Shown in pieces: positions 12,193 to 25,780 of a DNA stretch of 64,000 bases. The notes under the pieces were generated by a model. The model ran no database searches. It saw only the letters and a program-made list of their open reading frames with translations, and was not told the DNA's origin. Numbering within the stretch: position 1 is the stretch's first letter; every line of letters begins with the position of its first letter. Both the position numbers and the translations under genes were made by a program. The DNA comes from Octopus bimaculoides (taxonomy: Eukaryota), in NCBI RefSeq assembly GCF_001194135.2, contig NC_068985.1, positions 1,756,092-1,820,091 of the forward strand, in the 5' to 3' direction.

Positions 12193-12472
12193 ACACAATA
12201 TATTAGAGAGGCGAGCTGGCAGAAAAGGCAACGAGCTGGCAGAAACGTTAGCACGCCGGGCGAAATGCTTAGCGGTATTTATCTGCCGCTACGTTCTGAG
12301 TTCAAATTCTGCCGAGTCGACTTTGCCTTTCATCCTCTCGGGGTCGATTAAATAAGTACCAGTTACGCACTGGGGTTGATATAATCGACTTAATCCGTTT
12401 GTCTGTCTTTGTTTGTCCCCTCTGTGTGTAGCCCCTTGTGGGTAGTAAAGAAATAACACAATATATTAGAGA
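12193..12472 (+). mobile_element. Full-length SINE (family B) with 17-bp TSD and duplicated head
   Basis: TSD acacaatatattagaga at 12193-12209 and 12456-12472; gagctggcagaaa occurs twice at the 5' end; many CpGs retained. Confidence 0.9.
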
Positions 12473-13082
12473 AATAGTCAAGACTTCGGCAGGGATATTG
12501 AATTACTGACAAGCAGTGTTCCCTCATTTCATAATCCTGTAGGAACATTTATACTAAACAAACTCATCCCTGTATTATTTAAAAATAATAACCAAATCAA
12601 GACTTTTCTTCATGCTATCCATATTTTTTAGCATTAAAGTTTTACATTGTTTATCAAGAAGCAATGATGTGTTTGACTTGAATGCCTGTCTTCCTGTGAG
12701 TCATTTAGTTGTCCTTTGGGTTTCTTTAAAAAAAAAAAAAAAAAAAAAGACAAGGAGCTTCCTGAGAGTACAAACAGCATAAGAGAGATATAACTTATTT
12801 GAAATATACTTGTGCCATACTGTGTCCCCTGTCAGTGACTATACAATCACTTCCCAGTGAAGATCTTATAAATCTTTGTCAAGTGTGGTTAGAAAAAGAA
12901 TCCTTCCTTGAAGCATTTCACTAAAAATACATTTTGCTTGTTTATACTCTTTGCTTTTCCTCTTTGTAGTACACTTGATAGCTTTACTGCTGCTACAATC
13001 GTCGATATGTTATTGTAGGGGGTCACCCTGACCGTAAGATCACATATAAGAAGTAAGAAACTGGTTTGTTCTGGAACATGGT

Positions 13083-13084
<2 letters not shown>

Positions 13085-13114
<30 letters not shown>

Positions 13115-13530
13115 TTTAATGTCCACTTTTCCATGTTTGAATGGATCAGAGTTTATTGAGATGGATTTTCTACAGTTAGGTCTGTTTCCTGTTGTTAATC
13201 ATCCCCTGTTTCCAACCAACGTAATATTTCCCCAATTGCCAGATGTGTTCTTGCAGAATATTGGAAATATACGACACTGCTTATGTGACAGTGACACTCA
13301 TAATTGTCATGAAATGGCAAGTGAGGGAGGCACAAACACACACGCGCGCACGCACACACACACACACACACACACAATGGGCTTCTTTCACTTTCTGTCT
13401 ATCAAATCACTTACAAAGGTTTGGTTGGTCTGGGTTTATAGAAGGCACTTGCCCAAGGAGCCATGCAGTGGGACTGAACCTGGAACCATGCGCACGGGAA
13501 GCAAACTTCCTACCACTCTGCCACACCTGC
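13085..13530 (-). mobile_element. RTE-tail-like fragment plus tRNA-derived SINE (family A) fragment
   Basis: Reverse complement of gcaggtgtggcagagtggtaggaagtttgcttccc...ggttcagtcccactgcatggc with A/B box-like head. Confidence 0.7.
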
Positions 13531-14149
13531 TTTGTTATAAGCAAATCTAATTTAAAAGAATGTTTGTGTTGTGTTATTAGTTCGACATTCACCCTTTTGA
13601 GAATAAAATCACCTTTGTCACCTTCCAGAACAAAATCACAATCGTCAACCACCTCATGTGTTCGACAAATGTCGTTTGTTGGTATAGTTTGTCGAATACA
13701 GTTATTTTGTCATGAAATGATTTAGTTCTGAATTCATTCCAGTATAGGTTTATTCTATTTACAAAGTTAACAGGAATATTTTTGCCATTTATGATAATTA
13801 AGTTATCCATAACTCCAAGAAAAATGCCCTTTATAGTTTTTGGTTTCTTCAATAATTGCAACTAAAAAGATTCTGGTTTCCTTCAGTTCTTCTCTTGTGT
13901 TGTTGATGTTGTTGTATGAAACCATGTTGCTTGTAGCAACTCTCAGCATGTTGATGCCAAGTTTGAGATACCATTATCATCTTGAATAAAAGGTTTCTTC
14001 ATTAAATGCAATCAAAACATTAACCAGTCATTTAACGAGGCTGAGAGTTGTGGGAGGAGGGGAGTTGCTGGATCAATTTCCGAAAAACAGTACCAAAACG
14101 ATTTTCCAAAAGTAGGGGATTATTTTCAAAAGGAACCAAAATTGGAACA

Positions 14150-14530
14150 TTTTGGAAGTAAATTAAATGACTATAAAGATGGTCTGTTCTTTTCTTTTGT
14201 GGCCATGCTGGGGCCCCACCTGCAAGAAGTTTAGTCAAATGAATTGATCCCAGCACTTATATTTTTACCCAGCCTGGTACTTATTCTCTCAGCTTCTTTC
14301 GCAGAACCAGTAAGCTATGGGGGACATAAACACACCAACACTGGTTCCCAAGTGGGGACAAATACATATGACACATATACGACAGGCTTCTTTCAGTTTC
14401 CTTCTATTAAATCCACTCACAAGTCTTTGGTCAGCTGAGGCTATAAGTAAAAGATGTTTTCTCAAGGTGACATGCAGTAGGACTGAACCCAGAACCATGT
14501 TGTTGGGAAGTAAACTTTTTATTATACAGT
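14150..14530 (-). mobile_element. tRNA-derived SINE (family A)
   Basis: Matches family A copies at 15.4, 39.8, 47.1, 51.0 and 56.2 kb. Confidence 0.75.
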
Positions 14531-14699
14531 TATTTCAAATTTTTTTGTTTGATAATTGTAAATAATGTTCAACAGAATTCTTGTCTTTCAAAATTAAAAT
14601 TTCAATGTTTTAAGAATTTTATTTCCTTCTTCACTTCTACCTGAGTCATACAATATAGATTTTTCCTCTGCAAACCACCTGCTGTTACGCTCTCCCCGA

Positions 14700-16450
14700 G
14701 TTTCTTTCCACTGGATTCATTCACATAAAATCGTAGCAACAAATATTTTGTTCCTTAGACTCTACTTAAAACCATACAATTGATAAAACTAGATCTAACA
14801 CCATCTTCTTTCCTAATTTAGTTTTGGCGGTGCTTACTCTTGAAAACACTATTTCATTGCTTCAAGACATTTTGTCTCTAAGCAATGTCAATGCAGATTT
14901 TGACATATCGGTAAACCCCAGTTCATGAGTTGCATCCATAAGTGGTGCCAGTTTACACCAAAATTTTGACTGAACTGAAATTTCTTCAGGAAATATGCTT
15001 TCTCAATCAAATGCCAGCTGTTTGTACCATTGGTTTTCTATTTCTCTAGTTTTAGATTGATTAGGCAAAGCTGTAGGGAAAACAACAAAAGGTGGGTGAG
15101 AATGAAAATAATTCTTGGGAAAAGCAGTTTCATCTTTTGAAGGATTTATTAATGTATGATGCAAGAATTCTTCACAAACCTGTCTCAAAAAGCTTAGGCA
15201 AATTTAATATAGTATTTTGTTGTTCTTGAGAAATTTAATATTTTAATGATTAAAAGATTAGGCAACTCATATCCAATATCAATACGTTCTCACAAGAGGG
15301 ACTAAATTTGTTCCAAGGTTTATAAATAGTTGATGTAAAATTCTTCTTAGCATAGATACCACAAATCTACATAGTTTATCTGGTGTAGGTATAGCTGTGT
15401 GGTAAGAAGCTTCCATCCTAACCACATGGATCCAGGTTCAGTCCCACTGTATGGTACTTTGGGCAAGTGTCTTCTACTATAGCCTTAGACCAACCAAGGC
15501 CTTGTGAGTGGATTTGGTTGACAGAAGCTCATCATAAAAATGTGTGTGTGTGTGTGTGTGTGTGTGTGAGTGCACGTGTGTTTGTATGTGTGTGTATGTA
15601 TTTTTATGCCTGTGTTTGTTCCTCAACACTGCTTAACAGCCAGTGTTTACATCCCTGTAACTTAGCAATTTGGAAAAAGAGACCAAAAGAATAAGTACCA
15701 GCCATATAATAAAATACATACTGGGGTTGATGAATTCAATTAAAAATTCTTCATGATGCTGCCCCAGCATGGTCACACTCTAATGACTGAAACAAGAAAA
15801 TGACATGAGATAAAGACCATAAAAAGCTATGATCTACCATTTTTATCTACTTTTTTTTTTGACCAGTAAATTAATTCTTAATACCACCAAAGTTTAGAAA
15901 CTCCATCTGTTGTATCTGTGAGACAATCTCTGATGTTAATCCCTGCATCACTCAACAATTTGTTCGCAGCATGATGCCACAGTCCATCTGTAGCATTTGC
16001 AATAAGAATTAACTCAGACACAATTTTATTTTATCATTTATTCCAATATCAATCATGCACGCAGAGAAGCTTTTTACAAGCAACATCAGTTGACTTATCC
16101 GAAAAGCAAGAAGACCTGACCATTACTGTGTCATCAATTTGTTCGTCCAGTAAGGAATGGAATAATAATTGTTTTTTATAAGCACTGTATATTTTGTTTC
16201 CATTCAGTTTCAAATCAGCTACAATAGATGATGAAAGAATTCTTTTATTAATAATAAGTTCTCCTAAATATTTGATGTGTGACAAGCTACAAATGCTGCT
16301 AACAGCAATTCTAATTTTGTTATTTTGCTTCTGAAAAAATGCTTAGATAATTTATTGTGAATTTGAGTTGATTACAGCATTATTTTGTTATGTTTAACTG
16401 ATGAAGCATGCTTTATTAAATTAATATTGTAAGCTCATATTTCAACATTG
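14700..16450 (-). mobile_element. hAT-superfamily transposase remnant, interrupted by a SINE
   Basis: FSDKSTDVACKKLLCV (~FS...DESTD....L) and TDGV catalytic region near 15.9-16.1 kb; C-terminal dimerisation-like DMSKSALTLL...VFSRVSTAKTKL near 14.8-14.9 kb. Confidence 0.7.
15385..15800 (+). mobile_element. tRNA-derived SINE (family A) nested in hAT remnant
   Basis: gctgtgtggtaagaagcttcc...ggttcagtcccactg head, internal (TG)n, 3' atgactgaaac. Confidence 0.8.
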
Positions 16451-17397
16451 CACACTTTACTTAAAGCTTTGTTGCTATTCTCGCACTCTCTCTCTCCTCC
16501 CTCTCTTTCCCCCTTTTTCTCTTCTCCCTACCCTCACCCTTCTATTTGAAAATTGATATCTGTTAGCCAGGATTTTTTTTCAAGTATTTTGACTATTTGC
16601 TCATTGCAGAAATGGAGTTTTTGGAATAATCGAGATTTATTTGAAAAATAATTAGTTTGTTCAGACATGCATCATGTCTGAGTAACTCCTACCAACAACT
16701 TCTGATTCACTTAATTATGCCAGAGAGCCTCTTTGTGGTCTGTGAACATGCGAGAAGTAGCTTGCCTTGCAAGAAATAGCAGCCAAATATTCTTTAGTTT
16801 ACACCCTTACCATTTTAAATGAAGAACAATACATTGAAAAAATTTATATTATCCCCCTACCTCTAAGATAATGTGTGATCCATCATCATCATCATGAGTA
16901 GTCATATAAATTTATTGATAAACATTTTGCACAGCAACAGTATGAACCGAATCTCTTGAGACAAACTTTTGCCAAACTCTGCTTCTGTCAATGCTTACCA
17001 GTCAGTGTTTCAGGTTTGGACTCAACCATTCTATAACATACGTGAATGCCATGGCTATATATTAATCACTTATGAATTAGCAAAGCGTTTTGAGTTGAAA
17101 ATTAATTTAAAACAATACTGAAATTTTATTCTGAATTCATGACGAAAATATTTTTAAAATTTCATACAACTGTAGAGTTATTAAACAATTTGTTCATTAT
17201 ATATAACGTAATTTCTAGTGCTGTAGCAGCTATTGTATGATGTAATCAGCATTAAATAATCAATAACGTAATGAATTTCAGTGATAAGTAAAACTTCATA
17301 GAATTTCACATTACTCGTTTTTCTTTGTAGTTTAGGCATTACTTTTGTAAACAGCCCTGGTGGTTTCTGTATCAAGTCGTTTAAAGACATTATATTT

Positions 17398-17632
17398 ATA
17401 GTGGCAAGCTGGTGGAAATGTTAGCATGCTGGGCAAAATGCTTAGCGGTACTCCGTCTGCCGATACGTTCTGAGTTCAAATTTCGTCGAGGTTGACTTTG
17501 CCTTTCATCCTTTCGGGTGTCAATTAAATAAGTACCAGTTATGCACTGGGGTCGATGTAATCGACTTAATCCCTTTGTCTGTCCTTGTTTGTCACCTCTA
17601 TCTTTAGACCCCTGTGGGCAATAAAGAAATAT
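17398..17632 (+). mobile_element. SINE (family B)
   Basis: gttctgagttcaaatt...gactttgcctttcatcc...aataagtaccagtt...gggcaataaagaaat. Confidence 0.85.
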
Positions 17633-18130
17633 ATATGTATAGTACCTCCATAATTTCTTTCCTTCAACATTCTGCATTCATAATATAACAAGAATCAAAG
17701 TATTCAAGATTATTGTAAAGAAGAATTCATTTGATTGGTGTATAAATGTTACCTGCTGGCCCCAAATATAGCATTGATATAAGTTTTCAAATAAAATAGA
17801 ACAGTAGCAGATTGTAAACACCTGAAATTTTTAAGTAACTGCAATGAAAAAGTAATATCGTTCTATGGAATAGCAATGTCAAGTGATGTCACCTGTGGCC
17901 CAATTTGGTGATTCCTTGCCAAACCTTTACCTCTCTTTTATGCTTCTCACCTGTTCTGTTTTCAAATGTCATCAAGGATATCTTCACCTAAACTCTACGG
18001 TTACAAAGTTGTTTATTTATCTATTTATTTATATACTTGCCTTCTAACTCTCTTCTCCCTGTCTCTCTGTCTGTCTCTTTTCTCCTTCCTTCTCTCTTTC
18101 TCTCTCTCTCTCTTCATATATACATGTATA

Positions 18131-18180
<50 letters not shown>

Positions 18181-18479
18181 TATATAGTGTGTTTGTATGC
18201 ATGTACATATGTATAGATGTATAAGTATATATCAGCAATGATGATGATGATGGTGTATGTGTGTGTGTGTGTTTGTGTGTATGTGGTGTGTGTGCATGCA
18301 TGTGTGTGTTTGCGTATGACTTTGTGTAGCTATCTATGTTTCTAACTTCAATATTCTGAATATAAAGCCAACAGTTTCTGCTTCCCTTAAAAATATCATT
18401 ATCTACAAAATGTCAATTGTATATTATCTCGTCAACATAGCTCATTAGCAGATACACACAGATGATATATTACCCTAGA

Positions 18480-18900
18480 AATTGACTAGGCAATGTATAT
18501 CTGAAGATCTATGAGATAGAGAATAACTATAAAACAATTCAGTAGAGACAAATACAGAAATATAATCAGCACTGGGCAGCTGATCTTATCTAGGAAGAAT
18601 AAGCAGCTATTGTTCTGATATAATTTAACTAACATATTTATAATATTCAAAATATATAGCAACATTTTCGATAAATATTTCAAGAAAAATTGGAAGAGAA
18701 AGTCCAGTTATATCTTTTGTTTTAATATTCTCATAATTATATTCCATATTATGTGTAAATTTATTTATTAAGTTATTTATATCAACAGTTGTTTTATATT
18801 TTAATATATTGGATAGTTCAATGTATTTCGCCATTATTGATGAGTTAAACATAATAATTCCTCAGAAACTTACTCATGGTAATTATATAGTACTTTCTAA
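18480..18900 (-). mobile_element. Possible Penelope-like RT remnant
   Basis: TTVDINNL and GLSLPIFLEIFIENV loosely match PLE S.DV.SL and GSPLSP.LA.IFME.L. Confidence 0.25.
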
Positions 18901-19089
18901 TAAGGTCACTAAGCATTGCTAATACCACTGGTACACTTATTATTGATTATTAGATGATAATAAGTGACAGAATCAACAGAACGTTGGCTGTAAGGTAGGA
19001 AGGTATTCAGTTACAATTTTCCATAGAGTGGTTCAAATGATGCTAAGGTCAGCTTCTGGGCTCAATAAAGGAAACATCAACTTGTATGT

Positions 19090-19680
19090 CAAACCTTTAC
19101 TTTAGCCGTATTGAGCTCCAGATTTTAGCCCCGTTTACTGGACCTTCCTCTAAATCCTATGGTTGGTCATTGATCACCAGAGGTAATTATACTGGCATTT
19201 CAGTTCTCAACCATTCGTTAGAATTTACTTCTATAATGTCTGATCCTTCTATTACCTTCCTCAATATCTTTGTCTCTATCATAAGTCTCAACATTTTACC
19301 CCAGCTTCACCATAATTCCATTGATTTGCACTCTTACCTTGACTTTTCCTCGTTCTTTTCATCGTACTGTCATCCCATTCTCACAATTTCTCTGACTACA
19401 TCATCTGTGGCATAAAAACTCAAGTTATTTGACCAAATCTAATGAAAGGCACCATTTCTTCCTCGCTCAGTGTTATTCCTGTTGTGTTTGACAACTTCAT
19501 ACTCCAAAGAACCCAAACCATTGCCAGATCCTCCATATTAGTAACCCAAATGTACACGTTTGAAGACAGAATCTCCTTCTCTATTGTCTTTCACCCATCC
19601 ACCTTGCCTCTTCAGTGGTCCATTATCTCCAGATTTCATTATTGTTTTTGTTAACCCTTAACTGCTCTGATCTTTTCTCC
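19090..19680 (+). mobile_element. Penelope-like RT thumb/C-terminal remnant
   Basis: ITFLNIFVSI...HHNSIDLHSYLDFSS (~PFLD..V....HYKPTDSHSYL.FSS) and SFSIVFHPSTLPLQ (~PL.L.FHP..LP.Q). Confidence 0.7.
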
Positions 19681-20329
19681 TTCTCCTTTCTAATGAACAA
19701 CGGACAAAAACATCATGTATGCAAGCAAACCAAAGCTCTCTTACTTCTGTAATTCCTCTGTAATCGTGATTGAAACTTCAACCATTAGATAATCAGTCAA
19801 ACACCTCAACTGAACCACTACAGTTTCATGAGACTCTCAGATTGTTACCAGCGGTTGCTGCTGGTTCGGATGTTCCTTATTTGAAACACCATTCATCACC
19901 CTAAATGTTTCCTGTTTGAAAAGTTGTTCATAAACTGATTTGTTTGTGATGAGAGGTATCCATAAACCCAGGTTCCTCTGTACATAATGCATTCTATTAA
20001 CTTCCTCGGGGGTGACCACTGTGACTCACAAGTCAGATTGTTTCGTATGGAAATTCAATGCTACCTAAGCAAAACCTACCACTTCTTGCTTAAGTGTAAT
20101 TCATTGTTATTGCTGGAAGAAAGGTACATAATTAGCCCCATCATCTGACCACCTCTATCCCAGATTTGCAATTTTAGTTTAATTCTTTAGAATTATACCA
20201 TTCTCTGAAATGCGAGACAGTGAAGCTCCTGTCGAAAGTGGAACCATAAGTTTATCACATTATATAGTAAATGCATTCACTTTGCCATGGATGATGCTAC
20301 ATGTGTAATAGGGAAGAGTGCAGTGTCAC

Positions 20330-20625
20330 AAATAGTCTATCAAATATAAACCCTGTAAAGTGGTTGGCGTTAGGAAGGGCATCCAGCTGTAGAAACTGAG
20401 CCAAAACAGACAAATGAAGCCTGGTGTGGCCTCTGGCCTTGCTAGTTCCTGTCAAGCCATCCAAAACCCTTGCCAACATGGAAAACAGATGTTAAATGAA
20501 ATGATGACGACGATGATGATGATAATGATGATCTGACTTGAAATTACAATGTTGATGATGGTGACAACAATGACTATGATGATGATGATCATCATCATCA
20601 TCGTCATCATCATCATCATCATCAT
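20330..20625 (+). mobile_element. RTE-type 3' UTR fragment ending in (GAT)n/(CAT)n repeats
   Basis: gtggttggcgttaggaagggcatccagctgtagaaac motif then catggaaaacagatgttaaa. Confidence 0.75.
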
Positions 20626-21395
20626 GGAGATCGCATCAACAATAAACAAAGTGATCTTGTTCAATGTGTTGGTTGCAAATAAAATAATTAGTATAACAGG
20701 ACATTGACACAACATTGAGTTAAGGCTAAGACAGGAAATTGATTTTGTAGCTCTTTTTTCATAGATTTCCTCACTTGCATGAGCAAAAAAAGACAAAAGA
20801 AAATGTGACGCATTAAAACCTATGTTTTTATTGTTGTTTTTTATTCATATTGTTTGTTTAGAGATATTTTTTGTTCTTTTTCCTTCCATTTTTTTTCATT
20901 CTGTTTTCCATCCTGGCATAGTCAGGAGATAACAGAATATTTCAAACATTTGCATAGGAATGGTTTCTTTCATCCTTCTTAATCCTTTTCCTAAAGACTA
21001 ATCTACAGAAACAGACAAATTNNNNNNNNNNNNNNNNNNNNNNNNNNNNNNNNNNNNNNNNNNNNNNNNNNNNNNNNNNNNNNNNNNNNNNNNNNNNNNN
21101 NNNNNNNNNNNNNNNNNNNNNNNNNNNNNNNNNNNNNNNNNNNNNNNNNNNNNNNNNNNNNNNNNNNNNNNNNNNNNNNNNNNNNNNNNNNNNNNNNNNN
21201 NNNNNNNNNNNNNNNNNNNNNNNNNNNNNNNNNNNNNNNNNNNNNNNNNNNNNNNNNNNNNNNNNNNNNNNNNNNNNNNNNNNNNNNNNNNNNNNNNNNN
21301 NNNNNNNNNNNNNNNNNNNNNNNNNNNNNNNNNNNNNNNNNNNNNNNNNNNNNNNNNNNNNNNNNNNNNNNNGAGAGACAGATAATCTCCATTTA

Positions 21396-21995
21396 TTGAG
21401 TTGTCCGGAAAGTTCATGCCGATTTAAAGTAGCTTACCTTTCAACTTATTTTAGAACATGGTTGAGTCCATAAAATAGGATTTGACTACACCTCCATTTA
21501 GAGCACAGTTCAATCTATCTTTCCATGGAAGAAGGTTTATGTTCCTATAACCTGTGTTAATTTTGTAACCCTTTAAAATGGAAGATAAGAATGTTCATTT
21601 TCGGCATTTGATGCTTTTCTTTTTCTGTAAAGGGAAAAATGCCACACAAGCAACCAAAGAAACATGTGCAGTTTACAGTGATGTTTCTTTATCCGAAAGA
21701 ACTGTACGGAAGTGGTTCGCAAGGTTCTGATCTGGAGATTGTAGCCTTATTGATAAAGAGCGATCAGGCAGACCATCCACTACAGGTGATGACCAAATCA
21801 AGTCATTAATTGAGAATAATCCACATTGCACAACCCGAGAATTGGCAGAAAGCCTCAACCTATCAAAATCCATCGTTCATGAGCACCTGGTAAAGCTTGG
21901 GTACACAAATCACTACGATGTTTGGGTACCACATGAGTTGAGTGAAAAGAACCTTTTGGATCACATTTCCATCTGTGATTTGCTTTTCTCTGGAA
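21396..21995 (+). mobile_element. Mariner element 5' half (TIR plus transposase HTH remnant)
   Basis: TA|ttgagttgtccggaaagttc TIR; SERTVRKWFARF, HCTTRELAESLNLSKSIVHEHLVKLGY...VWVPHELSEKN. Confidence 0.85.
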
Positions 21996-21999
21996 CATT

Positions 22000-22400
22000 T
22001 TCTGAGAACTTCTCCCCAGTTGAGTGACAGGCTGGAGACAGAAGATTTGAGTGCCAGTCTCAAAAGTCTGTCACACCTCTCAGTCAAAGATGCAGAATGT
22101 TACACAAAGCTGATTTCAATAGAGGAAATGGTAAATGAGTATGATGGCTGTAGAATGGATTGGGTCCGGATGGGGAATTTTATTGAGACATCCAGATCTA
22201 TTTGTTAATTTCTTGCTAGCTGTCCATTGTAACTTGCAGCAGACAGAAAGTACACCAAGTTATATGAAAGAAGAAGTGGTGAGACTACAGAAGAAGCATT
22301 CTGAACAAAAGGAGATATAATGGACCACTTCATGTTTGTGATTCTGCTCTGTACAGAATTATAGACTTTTGGCAAGATGCATGAACTTAGTGATTCCTAT
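22000..22400 (+). mobile_element. L1/Tx1-type LINE RT N-terminal remnant
   Basis: CYTKLISIEEMVN, HPDLFVNFLLAVHCNLQQ...VVRLQKK, KGDIMDHF...ILLCTEL*TFGK match the Tx1 pattern P.S..EV...PDLF..LLA.VY...G.V.LL.K..KGD...NFRPITLL. Confidence 0.55.
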
Positions 22401-22454
22401 CAGATCTATCCATGGCAATTACAACCTCATGTAACTGGTAGTGCTATAAGAAAG

Positions 22455-22707
22455 ACACATTTCTTATTTCTTTATTGCCCACAAGGGGCTAAACATAGAG
22501 GGGACAAACAAGGATAGACAAAGTGATTAAGTCGATTACATTGACCCGAGTGCATAACTGGTACTTAATTTATCGACCCCGAAAGGATGAAAGGCAAAGT
22601 CGACCTCAGCAGAATTTGAACTCAAAACATAATGGCAAATGAAATACCACTAAGCATTTCGCCTGGTGTGCTAACGTTTCGGCCAGCTTGTTGCCTTACA
22701 TATTTCT
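22455..22707 (-). mobile_element. SINE (family B) with 10-bp near-perfect TSD
   Basis: acacatttct (22455) / acatatttct (22698) flank a family B body. Confidence 0.85.
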
Positions 22708-22737
22708 GCAGGATAAACTCTATTATGTATTGTGTGC

Positions 22738-23689
22738 TAGAGTCATCTATAAGTAAGCCCATCCAAAATGCTTTCCTATAGGATGATGAAACCATCCAGT
22801 ACGCATTTGGTCAGAATCTGTGTAGTGCAGATTTGTGAGTTTTATGTCAAAGAGTCATTTTATCATGAATGGGTTGAATCTTGTTATTAGATGAGTCTGT
22901 TGTAAAGATAAATCTTCTATTTGTAAAGACAGGATAGATCTATTTTACTGTTGTGGCATAGTTTAGTTGTGCTGTGGCAGATCCCAGCCAATCAGAGCTG
23001 GAGGCATATGAATAAAACAGCAGTGATCTGCCTTAGCAGCAGAATTTGCTACAGCAGAGAAGCAACAGTTTCAAACCAGTTGCTGAAAAGACTGCCTAGA
23101 AACAATATCACTTTCTTCAACATGTCACATTTTCTGTGTCCACCACCAACTACATGTAGCTCATTTGATTAATATTGCTTCCACTCTGCTTCATATAAAC
23201 CTCACTGTATATAGTAAGTCATGTGTTTTTCCCTGTCTCACATTCGCATGTATTTGGTTCCCATTCACTTGCAAGATTAATCCCTGTTACCACTTGCTAA
23301 CACCCATTACACTACTGAATAAATTTCAATGGTTTTGTTTTATAAACTTGCCTTCTGAATATTCTTTATTCACTCCTCTTTAAGAAATCACTGAGAATGG
23401 ATTCTTTCAATGAACTGTCTTTAAAAAAAATGCTAACTACACACTTGATACGTTACATATAGGAGACATTCCTTCCAATTTCCATTAGCGACTCACTCTG
23501 TTATAGAGTCATCTATAAGTAAGCCCATCCAAAATGCTTTCCTATAGGATGATGAAACCATCCAGCACGCATTTGGTTAGAATCTGTGTAGTGCAGATTT
23601 GTGAGTTTTATGTCAAAGAGTCATTTTTTTAAGGAATGGGCTGGATCTTTTTATTAGATGGGTCTGTTGTAAAGATCAATCTTCTATTT
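22738..23689. repeat. ~185-bp direct duplication (22738-22922 and 23504-23689)
   Basis: Both start tagagtcatctataagtaagcccatccaaaatgctttcctataggatg and end atcttctattt. Confidence 0.9.
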
Positions 23690-24584
23690 TCTTCTGTTAC
23701 GAGGTTATGACAAAGAAGTTTTTGTGTATGCTGAGGACACTTGAAAGTTTTAAAGAGAGGGCTTTCCCTCACTGGTCAAGCATTCATCAATTTATTTAGA
23801 TTCAACTTAAAGTGACAACTGATGGTAAAAAGGAGATGTTCTCCATTAATTTCATGAAAAATAGATGAGAGTATTAACTATGGAGTTATTGGTTGGCAGC
23901 AAGCACTGAGAGAAGGTACTTGTCTGGTGGCCCCTGCATGGATGGTACTTTCAATCATGCTATGGCCCCAGGAGAATGTATTATCTGATTTCTGAGATGT
24001 TTGTCTTTAGACACTGACATTCTTATGCATTTATCAATTTTCTTTCAATGATTTCCAAACTCTTACTCAATATAAATCCTTGTTTTTTTTTTGTTTTTTT
24101 TTTTATTTCTTTTGTATATACCGCCTATTTGTACTTCATCCCAATGTCTTGAGCCATGGTGGCCAATAAAAGAAACCCCTATTATTATTAGATTCCAGTA
24201 CACTTGAATCTGATGCAACTGGCAGGGATTAAGGGAGATTCGATACTTTATGTTTATTGTACGTTTAGTGTTCAAATCCCACTGGGTTTAACTTCACTTT
24301 TCATCCCCAAAAGGTCAATATTTTAAATATTCCTTTGATAATAGGATCGATTCAACCAAGTAGACTTCTAAGAAGAAAAAGTCTTCTGAATGGGCAAAAG
24401 AAATAATTATTCAGATTCGATCTGGTAGAGGTCCTAGTGAGATGCCTTACAGCTTAATTGCAAGAAGCAATTATTGGTGTTTGCATTGTTTTCATCATTT
24501 TTTTTGTTGCTGGGTGGGGAGGAGTGGGGGTGTGGAGGGAAGGTGGTAGCAAATGGTGCAGTTAGTAATGTTGGTAGTGGTATC

Positions 24585-24870
24585 TATTGGAGGTAGTGAT
24601 GGTGTTAGTGGTGGTGGTGGTGACAATGTTAATAGTGGTAGCATTATTACTCGTTTGTTGGAGGTGGAGATTGGTGGTGGTGGTGGTGGTGGTGGCAGTG
24701 GCGGTGGTGGTGGTGGTGGTGGTAATGACAGTTGTGGTTGTAGTAATGTGGACGACGGTGGTATTTGTGATGGTGGTAGTGTGATTAGAGTAGAATAGAT
24801 AGTAGAAGGGATGGTGGTGCCACTGGTGGTAGCATGGTGGTGGTGGCGGCAGTGGCGGTGGTATCGGAAG
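24585..24870. repeat. Degenerate (GGT)n repeat
   Basis: Direct read. Confidence 0.85.
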
Positions 24871-25070
24871 TGGTAGTAAGAACAGTTATAACCACGTGGA
24901 ATGGCAGTGGTTATTCCACTTTATCATCATCATCATGAATGATATGAAGATTTTGAGAAAGAAAATGAAGCTGTCGGCAACAATGACATCAAGAACAGTG
25001 AGAACAACAAGAACAAAGCTACCACAAACCATAACAGAATGAACAAGAACAATGGAAGCAATGATACAAG

Positions 25071-25102
<32 letters not shown>

Positions 25103-25547
25103 CTAGGAATGCAATAAAGTCAACATTAACAGCAACAACAACAAACAGTATTAACACGAGATATGGAATATGTTGAAAGAGGAATACAAGAAGCTCAGTA
25201 GCGGTTACATGAGAAGCTAGAAGAGTCAGTCGTTGCTGCTTGCAGGCAAAATATCACATAAAAGGTCTTGATTGTTAAGAATGGAACCAAATCAAATAAA
25301 TGAATCTGGAGATGTTGGAATATTGTTACTCACTGAGATCATAGAAATAGTAAGACATCAGATTGAATGTCTTATAATATTCAATACTGCATTTCTGCAT
25401 TCTGAGTTCAAACCCTTGCTCATAATTTCCTTTCTCTGAGGTTAATAAAATGTTTATGATGCATTAAATCTAAAATGGAACTATGAAGAATGTGTCCACC
25501 ACCATTGTCACACACTGACTGTCAGCTCTTTTTGGTTTCGTTAAAAT

Positions 25548-25780
25548 CAGTGGGGCTCAACCATTTTCGTGCCTATCAACCCCTTTGATCCCTGTTTTGC
25601 TGTACTGGATCCTTATAGCCATTCAATGTTTAAAAACTCATATTATATTTTTATAATTAAAAATTAAATGAAATTACATTAAAATATTGTTAAAATATTT
25701 TGTGTATTGAACACAAATTTTGACAATGGAATCTCACGTGGACCCCCAAATCTCATGTGGACCCTGATTGAGAACCATTG
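25548..25780. mobile_element. hAT/Charlie-type MITE
   Basis: TIR-like cagtggggctcaac ... attgagaaccattg; homologous copy at 50726-50957. Confidence 0.7.

Noticed and set aside
15385-15480. tRNA-like A/B boxes in SINE heads
   Set aside because: No cloverleaf; these are SINE promoters, not tRNA genes
17330-17400. LGITFVNSPGGFCIKSFKD, PDZ-like fragment after a strong acceptor
   Set aside because: No convincing donor before the SINE and no other PDZ exons found
19837-20270. Protein-like frames on both strands (VTPEEVNRMHYVQRNLG; IIPFSEMRDSEAPVESG)
   Set aside because: Mutually exclusive readings, no homology recognised
24140-24170. Perfect Kozak GCCACCATGG on the minus strand
   Set aside because: Followed by only a 10-codon ORF; chance
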